A stretch of DNA of 64,000 nt from the NCBI GenBank assembly GCA_018057925.1, contig JAGPCT010000005.1, positions 777-64,776 on the forward strand, read 5' to 3'. This stretch comes from Saprospiraceae bacterium (GTDB lineage Bacteria > Bacteroidota > Bacteroidia > Chitinophagales > Saprospiraceae). The position numbers and the translations under genes are program-made. Shown piece after piece: positions 39,072-48,978 of this stretch (the first letter of the stretch is position 1; each line of letters begins with the position of its first letter). The notes beneath the pieces are model-generated. The model was not told the DNA's origin and made no database searches. It saw only the letters and a list, made by a program, of their open reading frames with translations.

Positions 39072-40871
39072 TTAATCATTTAATTTTAATACTTCCAAGA
39101 ATGCTTTTTGTGGCACTTCAACATTTCCTATTTGGCGCATTTTCTTCTTTCCTTCTTTTTGTTTTTCCAATAATTTTCTCTTTCTGGAAATGTCACCTCC
39201 ATAACATTTGGCTGTTACGTCTTTTCGCATGGCAGATAGTGTCTCCCGAGCTATTATCTTGGCACCTATGGCAGCTTGAATGGCGATGAGAAACTGTTGG
39301 CGAGGCAGTAAGTCCTTGAGCTTACCGCAAATTTTGCGCCCCAATTCTTCTGCTTTGGATCGATGTACTAATGCGGATAAAGCATCCACATTATCACCAT
39401 TCAACTTTATATCTAACTTGACCAATTCAGACTTGCGATAATCTAATGGCTGATAGTCAAAAGATGCATACCCTCTTGATATTGACTTCAATTTATCATA
39501 AAAGTCAAACACAATCTCAGCAAGCGGCATTTCGAAGGTCAACTCTACCCTACTTGTCGTAAGATATGTTTGCTTCGTTAAAATCCCCCTTTTATCCATA
39601 CACAGCGACATAATTGTTCCGATATACTCCGGCTTGGTTATCACTTGCGCATGTATGTAAGGTTCTTCGACGTGATGTAATAAAGTAGGATCCGGCAAAT
39701 CGTTGGGTGTGTTGATGACAAACCTTTCTTCCGGATTTTTATTCAAATAAGCATGATACATTACATTGGGAACCGTAGTAATTACATCTTGATTAAACTC
39801 TCTCGAAAGCCTTTCCTGGATGATATCTAAGTGAAGCATGCCCAGGAAGCCGCATCGAAAACCAAATCCGAGTGCAACAGAGCTCTCAGGCTCGAAAGTC
39901 AATGATGCATCATTTAATTGTAATTTTTCAAGGCTGTCTCTTAAATCCTCAAAGTCATCATTATCAATAGGATATATCCCCGCGAAAACCATAGGCTTAA
40001 CTTCCTCAAACCCCTTAATCTCATCGGTAGTGGGATATTTTGCCAAAATAACGGTATCTCCCACTTTTATTTCTTTGGACACCTTGATACCCGTGATCAG
40101 ATAACCTACATTGCCTGCATGTAGCTCAGGTTTTTCGACCATATTCAGCTGGAGGATGCCGACTTCATCAGCCAGATATTCCTTGCCCGTATGGTAGAAG
40201 CGGACTTTATCATTTTTTCGAATCATTCCATTGAGAATCCTAAAATAAACAATAACTCCTCTGAATGAATTGAATACCGAATCAAAAATTAAGGCTTGTA
40301 AAGGTGCATCAGGGTCACCCTTAGGTGCTGGTATTCTATCAACTATCGCTCGTAGGATATCGTGCACTCCAACACCAGTCTTTCCACTCGCAAGAAGAAT
40401 CTCATCCCGCTTGCATCCGATTAAATCTATTATCTGATCAGAAACCTCATCTACCATCGCACTCTCCATATCTACCTTATTCAGAACAGGAATAATTTCC
40501 AAATCGTGATCAATTGCCATAAATAAGTTGGAAATAGTCTGTGCCTGGATGCCTTGACTAGCATCAACCAAGAGCAATGCCCCCTCACAAGCAGCAATAG
40601 AGCGCGACACCTCGTAGCTGAAATCAACGTGACCCGGCGTGTCGATCATGTTATAGGTATAGACCTGTCCATCATCATGATGGTAAGACATTTGAATAGC
40701 GTGACTCTTGATAGTGATGCCCCGTTCACGCTCCAAATCCATATCGTCCAAGGCTTGATCCTGCATATCTCTTTCCGCAATTGTTTGGGTATATTCCAAC
40801 AACCTGTCTGACAATGTACTCTTACCGTGATCGATGTGAGCAATAACACAAAAGTTCCTAATCAATTTCAT
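39072..40871 (-). CDS. lepA: translation elongation factor 4 (LepA)
   Basis: From the ATG at 40871: [20 protein letters not shown], then [12 protein letters not shown] and the LepA C-terminal domain. The track start at 40928 adds 19 non-conserved residues. Confidence 0.96.
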   Translation of the reverse strand: MKLIRNFCVIAHIDHGKSTLSDRLLEYTQTIAERDMQDQALDDMDLERERGITIKSHAIQMSYHHDDGQVYTYNMIDTPGHVDFSYEVSRSIAACEGALLLVDASQGIQAQTISNLFMAIDHDLEIIPVLNKVDMESAMVDEVSDQIIDLIGCKRDEILLASGKTGVGVHDILRAIVDRIPAPKGDPDAPLQALIFDSVFNSFRGVIVYFRILNGMIRKNDKVRFYHTGKEYLADEVGILQLNMVEKPELHAGNVGYLITGIKVSKEIKVGDTVILAKYPTTDEIKGFEEVKPMVFAGIYPIDNDDFEDLRDSLEKLQLNDASLTFEPESSVALGFGFRCGFLGMLHLDIIQERLSREFNQDVITTVPNVMYHAYLNKNPEERFVINTPNDLPDPTLLHHVEEPYIHAQVITKPEYIGTIMSLCMDKRGILTKQTYLTTSRVELTFEMPLAEIVFDFYDKLKSISRGYASFDYQPLDYRKSELVKLDIKLNGDNVDALSALVHRSKAEELGRKICGKLKDLLPRQQFLIAIQAAIGAKIIARETLSAMRKDVTAKCYGGDISRKRKLLEKQKEGKKKMRQIGNVEVPQKAFLEVLKLND

Positions 40872-40875
40872 GGCG

Positions 40876-40883
40876 CAAATGTA
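40876..40883 (-). promoter_or_regulatory. candidate -7 promoter box (TACATTTG on minus strand)
   Basis: TAnnTTTG match ending 4 nt upstream of the lepA ATG at 40871. It would imply a leaderless or near-leaderless mRNA. Confidence 0.25.
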
Positions 40884-40959
40884 AGCAATGTTCTGTATTT
40901 CAATATGGCTTATATATAAATACATCAATTATTTCATCCATTCTTTGCTAAAATAATCA

Positions 40960-40967
40960 TACCTTTG
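40960..40967 (+). promoter_or_regulatory. candidate -7 promoter box (TACCTTTG) for tig
   Basis: TAnnTTTG match 100 nt upstream of the tig ATG. A TTTG at 40944-40947 lies upstream, closer than the canonical spacing. Confidence 0.3.
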
Positions 40968-41067
40968 CACCTCAAAATCAAAAAGAGGCACTATTTAGTC
41001 TGATTTTCTTAAAAAAACGACCATTGAAGCCTTATCTTTATTATGTTGGAAGTAAAATAAATATCAA

Positions 41068-42558
41068 ATGAATATTAATCCCACCGAAATAAGCCCTAAC
41101 CTGATTCAACTTAATTTCATCATGGAAGCAAGTGAAATCAAAAGCAAATTTGATACTGAAGTAAAAAAAACTGCCAAAAAAGCGCATATTAAAGGCTTTA
41201 GGCCAGGAAAAGCTCCTGTCAATCTAGTTAAAAAAATGGATGGTACGAAAATCCTGGTCAATACAATCAATGACTCATTAGGCAAAGGATTTACTTCCTA
41301 CTTAAAGGACAATAATATATCTGCATATGGCGAACCCGTTTTTATAAAAGATGGCAATAATTTCGCCTATGATTACAACAACCTTACCGATTATGACGCC
41401 ACTTTTGCTATCGTTAAAGAATTGGACTTTGATACTACCAATTGGGACTTTATCGATGGTCTCAAGGCCTATTCTTTAATATTGACGGAAGAAGAAAAGG
41501 CGACCGAGCTGGATTTTGCTTTAACGAAACTTTCCGTATCTAAAGACTTTGATGGACCGATTGACGATACAACAATTGTTACCTTTGATGCTGCAGAACT
41601 AGAAAATGGTGATTTAAAAACGGATGGATATTCTATGACATTTTCTTTTCCTATTGCTGATATAACTAACCAAGAAATCAAAGACGTATTGCTGGGTAAA
41701 AACATAGGTGAGACGTTGGAAATAAACTTAAAAGTACTACAAGACAAAGAATATCTTTTCTTAAACGATATCCTTGAATTACCTATCGAAGATACCCGGA
41801 CAATGGATGACTTTAGTGATTTATTCAAAGTGACTATTAAGTCTTTAGAAAAATTGGAAAAAGCAGAACCCAATGAAGATTTCTTTTCAAGGTTGGACCC
41901 TTCCGGCAAAATCAATACCGTAGAGCTTTTTTATGACCACATCGAACGCGATTTTGACAATAGTGCTAATCATATTAAAAGTACTATTTTTATTCTGAAT
42001 CTAAGAAAAGAAGCGCTTGAAAATATTCAACTTGAATTGAGCGATGAGTTTTACAATAAATATTACAAACAGCATAACAATTATACAGAAGCATTTATTG
42101 AGAAAAACTATGATAGGCTAAAGGAAGATTTCAAATGGTTCTGGATTATGAATACTATTCAGTTGGAGTATGGCATTGAAGTTACTCAAAATGATGTTTA
42201 TAACAAGCTAAGAAGCGATTTATCCCGACATTTTGGCTTTGATGTCCCTCAGGAAATGTTAGATATTTATTACAAAAACCTTGCGGACAGTAAGAAGCTG
42301 GATGACATCTATAATGAAATATTCACGCTCAAAATTGAACAGTCTTTTATCAACCTCTATAATTTGGAGCGTGTAAAAGTGAATGGTGATGAATTTAACG
42401 AAATTCAAAAAAACTTAGCCTCCGTGATTCCACCACTCGAATATCCTAAACACAATCACGACCACGACCACGACCACGACCATAACCATGACCATGACCA
42501 TGACCATGACCATGACCATGACCACAATCATGACCATGACCATGGACATCAACATTAA
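41068..42558 (+). CDS. tig: trigger factor with His/Asp-repeat C-terminal tail
   Basis: Ribosome-binding signature GFRPGKAP near the N-terminus. Synteny tig-clpP-clpX. 496 aa. Confidence 0.9.
   Translation: MNINPTEISPNLIQLNFIMEASEIKSKFDTEVKKTAKKAHIKGFRPGKAPVNLVKKMDGTKILVNTINDSLGKGFTSYLKDNNISAYGEPVFIKDGNNFAYDYNNLTDYDATFAIVKELDFDTTNWDFIDGLKAYSLILTEEEKATELDFALTKLSVSKDFDGPIDDTTIVTFDAAELENGDLKTDGYSMTFSFPIADITNQEIKDVLLGKNIGETLEINLKVLQDKEYLFLNDILELPIEDTRTMDDFSDLFKVTIKSLEKLEKAEPNEDFFSRLDPSGKINTVELFYDHIERDFDNSANHIKSTIFILNLRKEALENIQLELSDEFYNKYYKQHNNYTEAFIEKNYDRLKEDFKWFWIMNTIQLEYGIEVTQNDVYNKLRSDLSRHFGFDVPQEMLDIYYKNLADSKKLDDIYNEIFTLKIEQSFINLYNLERVKVNGDEFNEIQKNLASVIPPLEYPKHNHDHDHDHDHNHDHDHDHDHDHDHNHDHDHGHQH
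42451..42555 (+). repeat. in-frame CAYGAC hexanucleotide tandem repeat encoding (HD)n
   Basis: cacgac x4, cataac, catgac x6, cacaat, catgac x2 and so on. Translation is HNHDHDHDHDHNHDHDHDHDHDHDHNHDHDHGHQH. Confidence 0.95.
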
Positions 42559-42718
42559 TAGAGGCTTAATACGGCATCTATAGAAAAAACAGAAATCTCA
42601 CAATTGTGTATTCTAATTTATTTTCATTCTAAATTTTAAATACAATTTAGGATGAATGAACTTTTTTGGATAATAATTATTTATCCATTATTATCATCAA
42701 TAAATCAAAGAACTGTAT

Positions 42719-43423
42719 ATGTTTTCAAAAGATGAATTTAGAAAATATGCTACCAAACACTTGAATATGAGTGGCATGCACTTAGACAAGTACATGCAGG
42801 TGGCTGTTCCGAATATCCATGGTTTTACGCCAACTGTCATCGAAGAAAGACAGATGAACGTAGTAGGAATGGATGTTTTTTCAAGGCTAATGATGGATAG
42901 AATTATATTCATGGGCGTTCCGGTCAATGACTATGTTGCTAATGTTATTCAGGCACAGCTTTTATTTTTGGAGAGCACAGATCCCAAGCGAGACATCCAA
43001 ATGTTTATCAATAGTCCTGGAGGTTCAGTAATTAATGGTCTCGGGATATATGATACAATGCAATACGTAACTCCGGACGTTGCTACCATCTGTACCGGCT
43101 TGGCTGCCTCAATGGGCGCAGTATTGCTTGCTGCCGGTAAGAAAGGAAAAAGAACTTGCCTATATCATAGCCGCGTGATGATCCACCAGCCTCTTGGCGG
43201 AATGGAGGGTCAGGTCTCAGACATGGAAATCTCTTACAAGTTGATTAAAAAAATGCAGAAAGAGCTATATGACATTCTTTCTGTCCATACGGGTAAAGAC
43301 TATGAGTCTATCGAAAGAGATTGCGACCGTGACAATTGGATGACTTCCAATGAAGCAAAGGAATATGGGCTTGTAGATGAAGTATTGGACAAAACCAATC
43401 CCGTAAAACCAACTAAAGAATAA
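42719..43423 (+). CDS. clpP: ATP-dependent Clp protease proteolytic subunit
   Basis: ...INSPGGSV...TICTGLAASMGAVLL...IHQPLGG... (Ser-His-Asp context). Confidence 0.96.
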   Translation: MFSKDEFRKYATKHLNMSGMHLDKYMQVAVPNIHGFTPTVIEERQMNVVGMDVFSRLMMDRIIFMGVPVNDYVANVIQAQLLFLESTDPKRDIQMFINSPGGSVINGLGIYDTMQYVTPDVATICTGLAASMGAVLLAAGKKGKRTCLYHSRVMIHQPLGGMEGQVSDMEISYKLIKKMQKELYDILSVHTGKDYESIERDCDRDNWMTSNEAKEYGLVDEVLDKTNPVKPTKE

Positions 43424-43437
43424 GTTGTTATAAATTA

Positions 43438-43478
43438 TATATATCGATGGCCTATTTCTATCGATATATATTTTTTTT
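43438..43478 (+). terminator. intrinsic terminator/attenuator between clpP and clpX
   Basis: Perfect 11-bp stem: tatatatcgat (43438-43448) pairs with atcgatatata (43460-43470). The loop is 11 nt, followed by T8 (43471-43478). Confidence 0.7.
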
Positions 43479-43496
43479 CAATAAAGTTAATGAAAC

Positions 43497-44735
43497 ATGG
43501 CAAAAATCAAAGATTCTCATAGATGTTCATTTTGTGGAAAAGATAAAAATGATGTCATCATTTTGATAGAAGGATTAGATGGACATATCTGTGAATCCTG
43601 TGTTGAGAAAGCTTACGATATTATTGAACAAGAAATCTTGGATCGCACACCAGATGATGATTTGTTCAGCAATAACCTCTCCGACAGAACACCCAAGGAA
43701 ATAAAAGAATACCTCGATAACTATGTTATAGGTCAGGATCAAGCAAAGAAAACTTTAGCTGTTGCTGTCTATAATCACTACAAACGTCTAGGTCAGAGTG
43801 ACAAAGAAGTAGAAATCGAAAAATCCAACATTATCTTCGTTGGATCAACAGGCACCGGCAAAACATTAATGGCTAAAAGTATAGCCAGAATGCTCAATGT
43901 ACCATTTGCTATAGTTGATGCTACCGTATTTACGGAGGCAGGATATGTCGGAGAAGATGTTGAATCCATCCTTACCAGACTCCTACAAGTATGTGATTAT
44001 GATGTGAGGATGGCTGAAAAAGGCATAGTATATATCGATGAGATAGACAAAATAGCCAGAAAAAGCGATAATCCTTCCCTTACAAGGGACGTTTCCGGCG
44101 AAGGCGTCCAACAATCACTTCTAAAAATGCTGGAAGGCACGGATGTCAATGTGCCACCTCAGGGAGGGAGAAAGCATCCGGAACAAAAACTTATTAAGGT
44201 CAACACCCAAAATATACTGTTCATTTGCGGAGGCTCTTTTGATGGTTTAGATAAAATTATCGCCAGAAGACTCAATACGCAAGTAATTGGATATAGCCAT
44301 GAAGCCAAAGATAAAGTAGATCAAACTAATCTATACCAATATGCGCTCCATAGTGACTTGAAACACTTTGGCTTGATTCCGGAACTATTGGGAAGGTTGC
44401 CTATCATGACTTATCTTGATCCTCTTGATAAAGACATGCTGAAGTCCATTTTAATTAAACCTAAGAATGCCATTATCAAGCAATTTGCTAAGTTGTTTGA
44501 ATATGAAAAAATTGAATTGGTTGTAAAGGATGACGCCTTGGACTATATCGCAGAAACAGCACTCAATTACAATCTCGGAGCCAGAGGTTTACGTTCTATC
44601 TGTGAGGCAATATTCATGGATGATATGTACGAAATGCCCTCTAAAAAAGGCGTTAACAAGCTCGTCGTTGATAAAAATTATGCAAAAAACAAGCTGAAAG
44701 GCTCTCGTATTGAAGCCAGTCTAAAAGTTGCCTGA
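43497..44735 (+). CDS. clpX: ATP-dependent Clp protease ATP-binding subunit ClpX
   Basis: N-terminal zinc finger CSFCGK...CESC. Walker A GSTGTGKT. Walker [10 protein letters not shown]. Confidence 0.97.
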   Translation: MAKIKDSHRCSFCGKDKNDVIILIEGLDGHICESCVEKAYDIIEQEILDRTPDDDLFSNNLSDRTPKEIKEYLDNYVIGQDQAKKTLAVAVYNHYKRLGQSDKEVEIEKSNIIFVGSTGTGKTLMAKSIARMLNVPFAIVDATVFTEAGYVGEDVESILTRLLQVCDYDVRMAEKGIVYIDEIDKIARKSDNPSLTRDVSGEGVQQSLLKMLEGTDVNVPPQGGRKHPEQKLIKVNTQNILFICGGSFDGLDKIIARRLNTQVIGYSHEAKDKVDQTNLYQYALHSDLKHFGLIPELLGRLPIMTYLDPLDKDMLKSILIKPKNAIIKQFAKLFEYEKIELVVKDDALDYIAETALNYNLGARGLRSICEAIFMDDMYEMPSKKGVNKLVVDKNYAKNKLKGSRIEASLKVA

Positions 44736-45466
44736 TGCGCTTTCTCGTTTATTGCAGCTTTGTAGGAACAAATTATATCGGCTGGCAGAATCAACCCAAT
44801 GGCACAAGTGTACAAGCATCCCTTGAAGCTGCTTTAAGTATTTTTTTTAATTTTAATACATCTATTGTAGGCTGTGGACGCACAGATTCCGGTGTACATG
44901 GCAGAAACTATGCATTTCATTTTGATACAAAAGACCTATTTGATCCTGAATTCTTTGTTTTCAAAGTCAACAAACTTTTACCCCGTGATATCGTCATCCA
45001 CACTGTTGAAGGCGTAGATGAATCCTTTCACGCAAGATTTTCAGCCACTTCAAGAAGATATATTTATCGGATACACACCAATAAAGATCCTTTTATAAGT
45101 CAATTTAGCTGGCATTTTGACCGCATTAAGCCGGAATCTATCAGCATTATGAATGAGACCGCACAATTTTTAATCGGTTTGTCGGATTTTGCATCCTTTG
45201 CCAAGACCGGCTCCGACAATAAGACGACATTATGTAATCTGATACAGTGTGAATGGCATTCCTTTGACACACGTGTAGAACTCCATATTGAAGCAAACCG
45301 GTTTTTGAGAGGCATGGTACGTCTTATTGTAGGTGGATGCGTCAATATAGCTGTCGGAAAACTTGAGATGGAACTAATGAAAAAACTTTCTTTAGAAGGT
45401 CAGATGTTACCTTATGCTTTTTCGGTACCCGCCCACGGATTGACCTTCGAGGGAGTACGTTATTAG
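44735..45466 (+). CDS. truA: tRNA pseudouridine(38-40) synthase
   Basis: ...GWQNQPNGTSVQ...GCGRTDSGVHG... (catalytic Asp context). Overlaps the clpX stop by 1 nt. Confidence 0.93.
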   Translation: MRFLVYCSFVGTNYIGWQNQPNGTSVQASLEAALSIFFNFNTSIVGCGRTDSGVHGRNYAFHFDTKDLFDPEFFVFKVNKLLPRDIVIHTVEGVDESFHARFSATSRRYIYRIHTNKDPFISQFSWHFDRIKPESISIMNETAQFLIGLSDFASFAKTGSDNKTTLCNLIQCEWHSFDTRVELHIEANRFLRGMVRLIVGGCVNIAVGKLEMELMKKLSLEGQMLPYAFSVPAHGLTFEGVRY

Positions 45467-45763
45467 GCATTTCGAATTTGGGGGCAATCGCAATACCGCT
45501 GATTACTTTTAAATAGACCAATATATCTTTTCCATCAATTGGTCAATAATAAAGATCAATTCGGTATTATTCCGGCTTTGCCAAAATCTCTTTTTTTACG
45601 AAATTTAACAATGGAAAAATGACGACCTTTGAATAATTTCATTACTTTTATTCGTTTAATTCTAAAAAAAGGAAGAAATAACTATAAAATTCTCTTTTTC
45701 ATATGTATTAAACATACCAATTTTCAAAACATTAATAATATTTTTAAACCAAAAAACAAACCA

Positions 45764-46357
45764 ATGAAAAAACTAATTTGGATTACATGCTTTCTTTCTT
45801 TTGTAACCTTCACAACATCATGGGGTCAAAAAGTTAACATGGATGGCAATCTCGACTTTCTAAAAGGAGTCAAAAAGGTTGAACTATCTTACAAATACGA
45901 CAATATGGGCGTTGGAAAATTTAAAGATGGAAAAGAATACATCGCAAAGAAAACTGAAGAATACAACAAAAAAGAAGCCGGCAAAGGAGATAAATGGGCG
46001 CAAGATTGGGTAGGTGACCGAGCATCACGATATCAACCAAAGTTTGAAGAAACATTGGGCAAATATTGTTCTTCTATAGAATTTGGTGAAAATGTCGGCT
46101 CTGATATTAAAATGATTGTAGAAACCACCTTTACTGAACCCGGTTTCAATGTCGGAGTTATGCGTAAAAGTGCATCCATCAATCTTGTAATAACCTTTAC
46201 CGACAAATCCGGAAAAAATCTGACAACACTAACTATCAATAACGTTCCCGGAAGAGATGTTATGGGCTATGACTTTGATACTGGATATAGAATAGAAGAA
46301 GCATACGCAAAAGGAGGTAAGGAAATAGGCCAGTTTATTACTAAAAAGACAAAGTAA
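45764..46357 (+). CDS. secreted hypothetical protein
   Basis: From the ATG at 45764: MKKLIWITCFLSFVTFTTSWGQ signal peptide. The track start at 45629 is a TTG with an implausible Asn/Ile/Lys-rich leader. Confidence 0.65.
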   Translation: MKKLIWITCFLSFVTFTTSWGQKVNMDGNLDFLKGVKKVELSYKYDNMGVGKFKDGKEYIAKKTEEYNKKEAGKGDKWAQDWVGDRASRYQPKFEETLGKYCSSIEFGENVGSDIKMIVETTFTEPGFNVGVMRKSASINLVITFTDKSGKNLTTLTINNVPGRDVMGYDFDTGYRIEEAYAKGGKEIGQFITKKTK

Positions 46358-46378
46358 TAAGTAACATATCCCTGTTTC

Positions 46379-46565
46379 AAACCAAATTCTTCTTAAAGGC
46401 AAAATATTGTCTTTAAGAAGAATTACATCTAACTAAATCACAACAAGTTGTTTATCAAATATTTGAAAATATATTGATTCGTGACTATTTGAATTTCAAC
46501 ACAACAAAAAGTAAGCTTCATATTTCTTAAAGACAATATTTTGCCTTTAATATGAATTCGGGTTT
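46379..46565. mobile_element. MITE-like element, family A copy 2 (187 bp, about 40-nt terminal inverted repeats, non-coding)
   Basis: The left end (46379-46420) and right end (46524-46565) are reverse complements and share an identical 25-nt core, ttaaaggcaaaatattgtctttaag. The internal core is shared with 31104-31248. Confidence 0.55.
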
Positions 46566-46748
46566 AATCATTGTTTGAGCTGGTTTCTAAGTGAATTACT
46601 GCAGATTGACAAGATTCATCAGAAGAAGAATAGCTTTTAGACTAAAATACTGAAATTTGACCAACACGTTTTCTGACCACCATTTGGGGCGAGAGGTTAT
46701 AAAAGTTGGATATGGTCATATATATGCCCCATTAGCAAAGCAATAAAA

Positions 46749-46822
46749 ATACCGAAGTGTGTTCTTAATTTGGTTCGTTCGGCCTTGACCAATTCACCCA
46801 ATTTATTGACACACTTCGGTAT
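46749..46822. repeat. 13-bp perfect inverted repeat with 48-nt spacer
   Basis: ataccgaagtgtg (46749-46761) pairs with cacacttcggtat (46810-46822). Confidence 0.6.
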
Positions 46823-46908
46823 ATAATTTGTTCAAAATATATGTTTTTTAATACCGAAAGTATTATTGTAAAAGTCCAATTCCGAATTTTATTGCTTTAA
46901 ATATCGGC

Positions 46909-48486
46909 TCAAATTTTTATAAATTTACCACTGTGTACGATTCGCTTACCATCACCGATTGTATAAATATAGGTTCCGGCAATCATAGCGGATACGTCAA
47001 TACCCAGTTGACCGAGTACCCACCGATCGCTTGAACGCATTTGCCTCCCTTGTATGTCAAATATTTTTACTTCATAATTTTTAGGATCATCAGAATTTTT
47101 GATGATGCTAAAATTTTGTTGGACAGGATTTTCCATAACAGAAAAAACAATTCCGCTTTGATCTTTATTTGTTCCAAGGGTATAAAAGTTGCCATCCGGA
47201 CCAAGGTTGATGATATGACCTCCGATATGATATGGCCAATGGGTAGCCTTTGAAATATCCCAATTTTCACCTGCAATTAGAATCGCATTATCTGTAGTCA
47301 ATTCCGCATGTAGCTGCAAGTAGCGATAATCTTTCCTAAAAATAAATTTTCGCTGCCATACCGTATTTAACTCAAAATCATATTTACTGACAAAGAAATA
47401 GCTGGATTGCGCATGACCGTTTTCACCTGGTATTATAGGAACTGCCTCGCCAAAGGTGTAATATCCGTCCGTACCCTTAAAGAGCCCCCCTGTTGTTCGA
47501 CAAGACACATCACTGGATTCTTCAAGATTAAAGTCTATAAACGATATGTTTTCAACCGGCTCTAAGTCTGAATTGAAGATGGCTAAACTTAAACCCATTA
47601 CTATTTCCTTTTTTACTGTGTCTCTATAAGAACACCTTCCCCATCCCAAATACTGATCAGAAGCTATATACTCGTATCCGGAATAAATTTTATTCCAATT
47701 CTGAGTATCAAATGTATTCCTATTGTCTTGAAATTTATATGATTTAAAATTGAAATCTTTGTCAAAACGGTATGATGATGGCCATCCATACCCAAGAATA
47801 TCACCTGTCTTAGGGTCAATTGCATATTCTTGTAAATTGAATGCATTATTATTATTTTTTGGATTTCTTAAAGTTCCAGTTTTTTCAACTTTACCTTCAT
47901 TATCATAAATAAAATACTTTGCATCAGATTCGTAAACCAAATACATTCTTTCATTGGTGTATTTAACCATTGCAGACCCCAAAGAGGTGTATTCAAAATA
48001 AGAGGTTTTAACATAAGGAAATATTTCAGTACTTAACTGTGTCAAATCTAAATCATACACTATTGAAATGAAATAATTTACAGTTTCTGACCGTGCAATA
48101 CCATTTAAAATAATGAAGTCATTAAACCGATAAACATTTAAATCAAATAGTTCTAAGCTATCTGACTCCACCAATACTGATTTTAATATAGTTCCATCTT
48201 TTTTACTTTTAATCAATTTTGTCAACCATGATACCGTTTTTGATTCAGAATTTAACCCCTCAAAACGATGTTCGATCCGAGTATATATCAATTCATCCTT
48301 ATTAATTTCAGTCGCAAAATTAGACGTCAATACAGTTCTATCTATGTTGGAATTATTCAGATGGATATAATAACCATCAGATTGGCTGAAAGCTGAAGTC
48401 CATAAGAGCATTAAGCAAACACATATAGCCCATTTGTTTGAAGTTAAAATTTTCTCTTTCATCTTAATTAGCTTTATTAGTTGCAT
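46909..48486 (-). CDS. T9SS-sorted secreted protein (beta-rich, function unknown)
   Basis: Signal peptide. The C-terminal ~80 aa (...YEVKIFDIQGRQM...AGTYIYTI...GKFIKI) look like a type IX secretion sorting domain. An alternative ATG at 48462 (MKEKIL...) is possible. Confidence 0.75.
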   Translation of the reverse strand: MQLIKLIKMKEKILTSNKWAICVCLMLLWTSAFSQSDGYYIHLNNSNIDRTVLTSNFATEINKDELIYTRIEHRFEGLNSESKTVSWLTKLIKSKKDGTILKSVLVESDSLELFDLNVYRFNDFIILNGIARSETVNYFISIVYDLDLTQLSTEIFPYVKTSYFEYTSLGSAMVKYTNERMYLVYESDAKYFIYDNEGKVEKTGTLRNPKNNNNAFNLQEYAIDPKTGDILGYGWPSSYRFDKDFNFKSYKFQDNRNTFDTQNWNKIYSGYEYIASDQYLGWGRCSYRDTVKKEIVMGLSLAIFNSDLEPVENISFIDFNLEESSDVSCRTTGGLFKGTDGYYTFGEAVPIIPGENGHAQSSYFFVSKYDFELNTVWQRKFIFRKDYRYLQLHAELTTDNAILIAGENWDISKATHWPYHIGGHIINLGPDGNFYTLGTNKDQSGIVFSVMENPVQQNFSIIKNSDDPKNYEVKIFDIQGRQMRSSDRWVLGQLGIDVSAMIAGTYIYTIGDGKRIVHSGKFIKI

Positions 48487-48737
48487 TTAACAGAATGTAA
48501 TGCTATTATTTCACCTAATGCTTCAGGGAAGGTATAAGAAATTTCATCTCGGTTAGATATATTGTGGTTATTATATGCTTTCACCATGTCGAATAACATC
48601 TTAGTATTGGAGATTCCGGTTGCCGGAATTATTGTACTTTCTTTCTTATCTATTACCTCTTTCTGACAACCAAAAAATATTGGTATGACTAAAAAACCGA
48701 ATAGATAGAAAACATTCCTAAATCGCTTGGTGCACAA
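48477..48737 (-). CDS. small lipoprotein (86 aa), TTG start
   Basis: KRFRNVFYLFGFLVIPIFFGC lipobox. No in-frame ATG lies upstream of the signal peptide. Overlaps the downstream T9SS cargo gene by 10 nt. Confidence 0.5.
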   Translation of the reverse strand: MCTKRFRNVFYLFGFLVIPIFFGCQKEVIDKKESTIIPATGISNTKMLFDMVKAYNNHNISNRDEISYTFPEALGEIIALHSVKCN

Positions 48738-48828
48738 AATTAAATTTTGAAAGCAATTTAAAAAACAGGGGGAGGGAGAGATAATTTTGTTTTAAACATG
48801 ATACGCAGTTTTATAAATTAGATAATAG

Positions 48829-48836
48829 CAAATATA
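48829..48836 (-). promoter_or_regulatory. candidate -7 promoter box (TATATTTG on minus strand)
   Basis: TAnnTTTG match 91 nt upstream of the small lipoprotein start. Confidence 0.25.
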
Positions 48837-48978
48837 ACCAATTTATACAAATAAAATAATTTTTTACAAAAATTAATTAAACCCAAATTCCATTTTAGTC
48901 AAATGAAAAAATGATATGTGAGTTATAGTGTGCACAATTCGTACAATACATCTCCCGTATTAGGATATAAATGAGGGC

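Noticed and set aside
40872-40928. Upstream extension of lepA (track start at 40928).
   Set aside because: The conserved EF4 N-terminus MKLIRNF...AHIDHGKST begins at the ATG at 40871, and the extension is not conserved-looking.
41469-41915. 148-aa minus-strand ORF inside tig.
   Set aside because: It is a Ser-rich, low-complexity shadow of the trigger factor frame.
42451-42555. Regular short repeats that might be taken for a CRISPR-like or satellite array.
   Set aside because: The 6-nt period is in frame within tig and translates to an (HD)n tail. It is a coding microsatellite.
45629-45763. TTG-initiated 45-codon N-terminal extension of the 45764-46357 gene.
   Set aside because: The extension is an Asn/Ile/Lys-rich translation of AT-rich intergenic DNA. 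A canonical signal peptide starts at the ATG at 45764.
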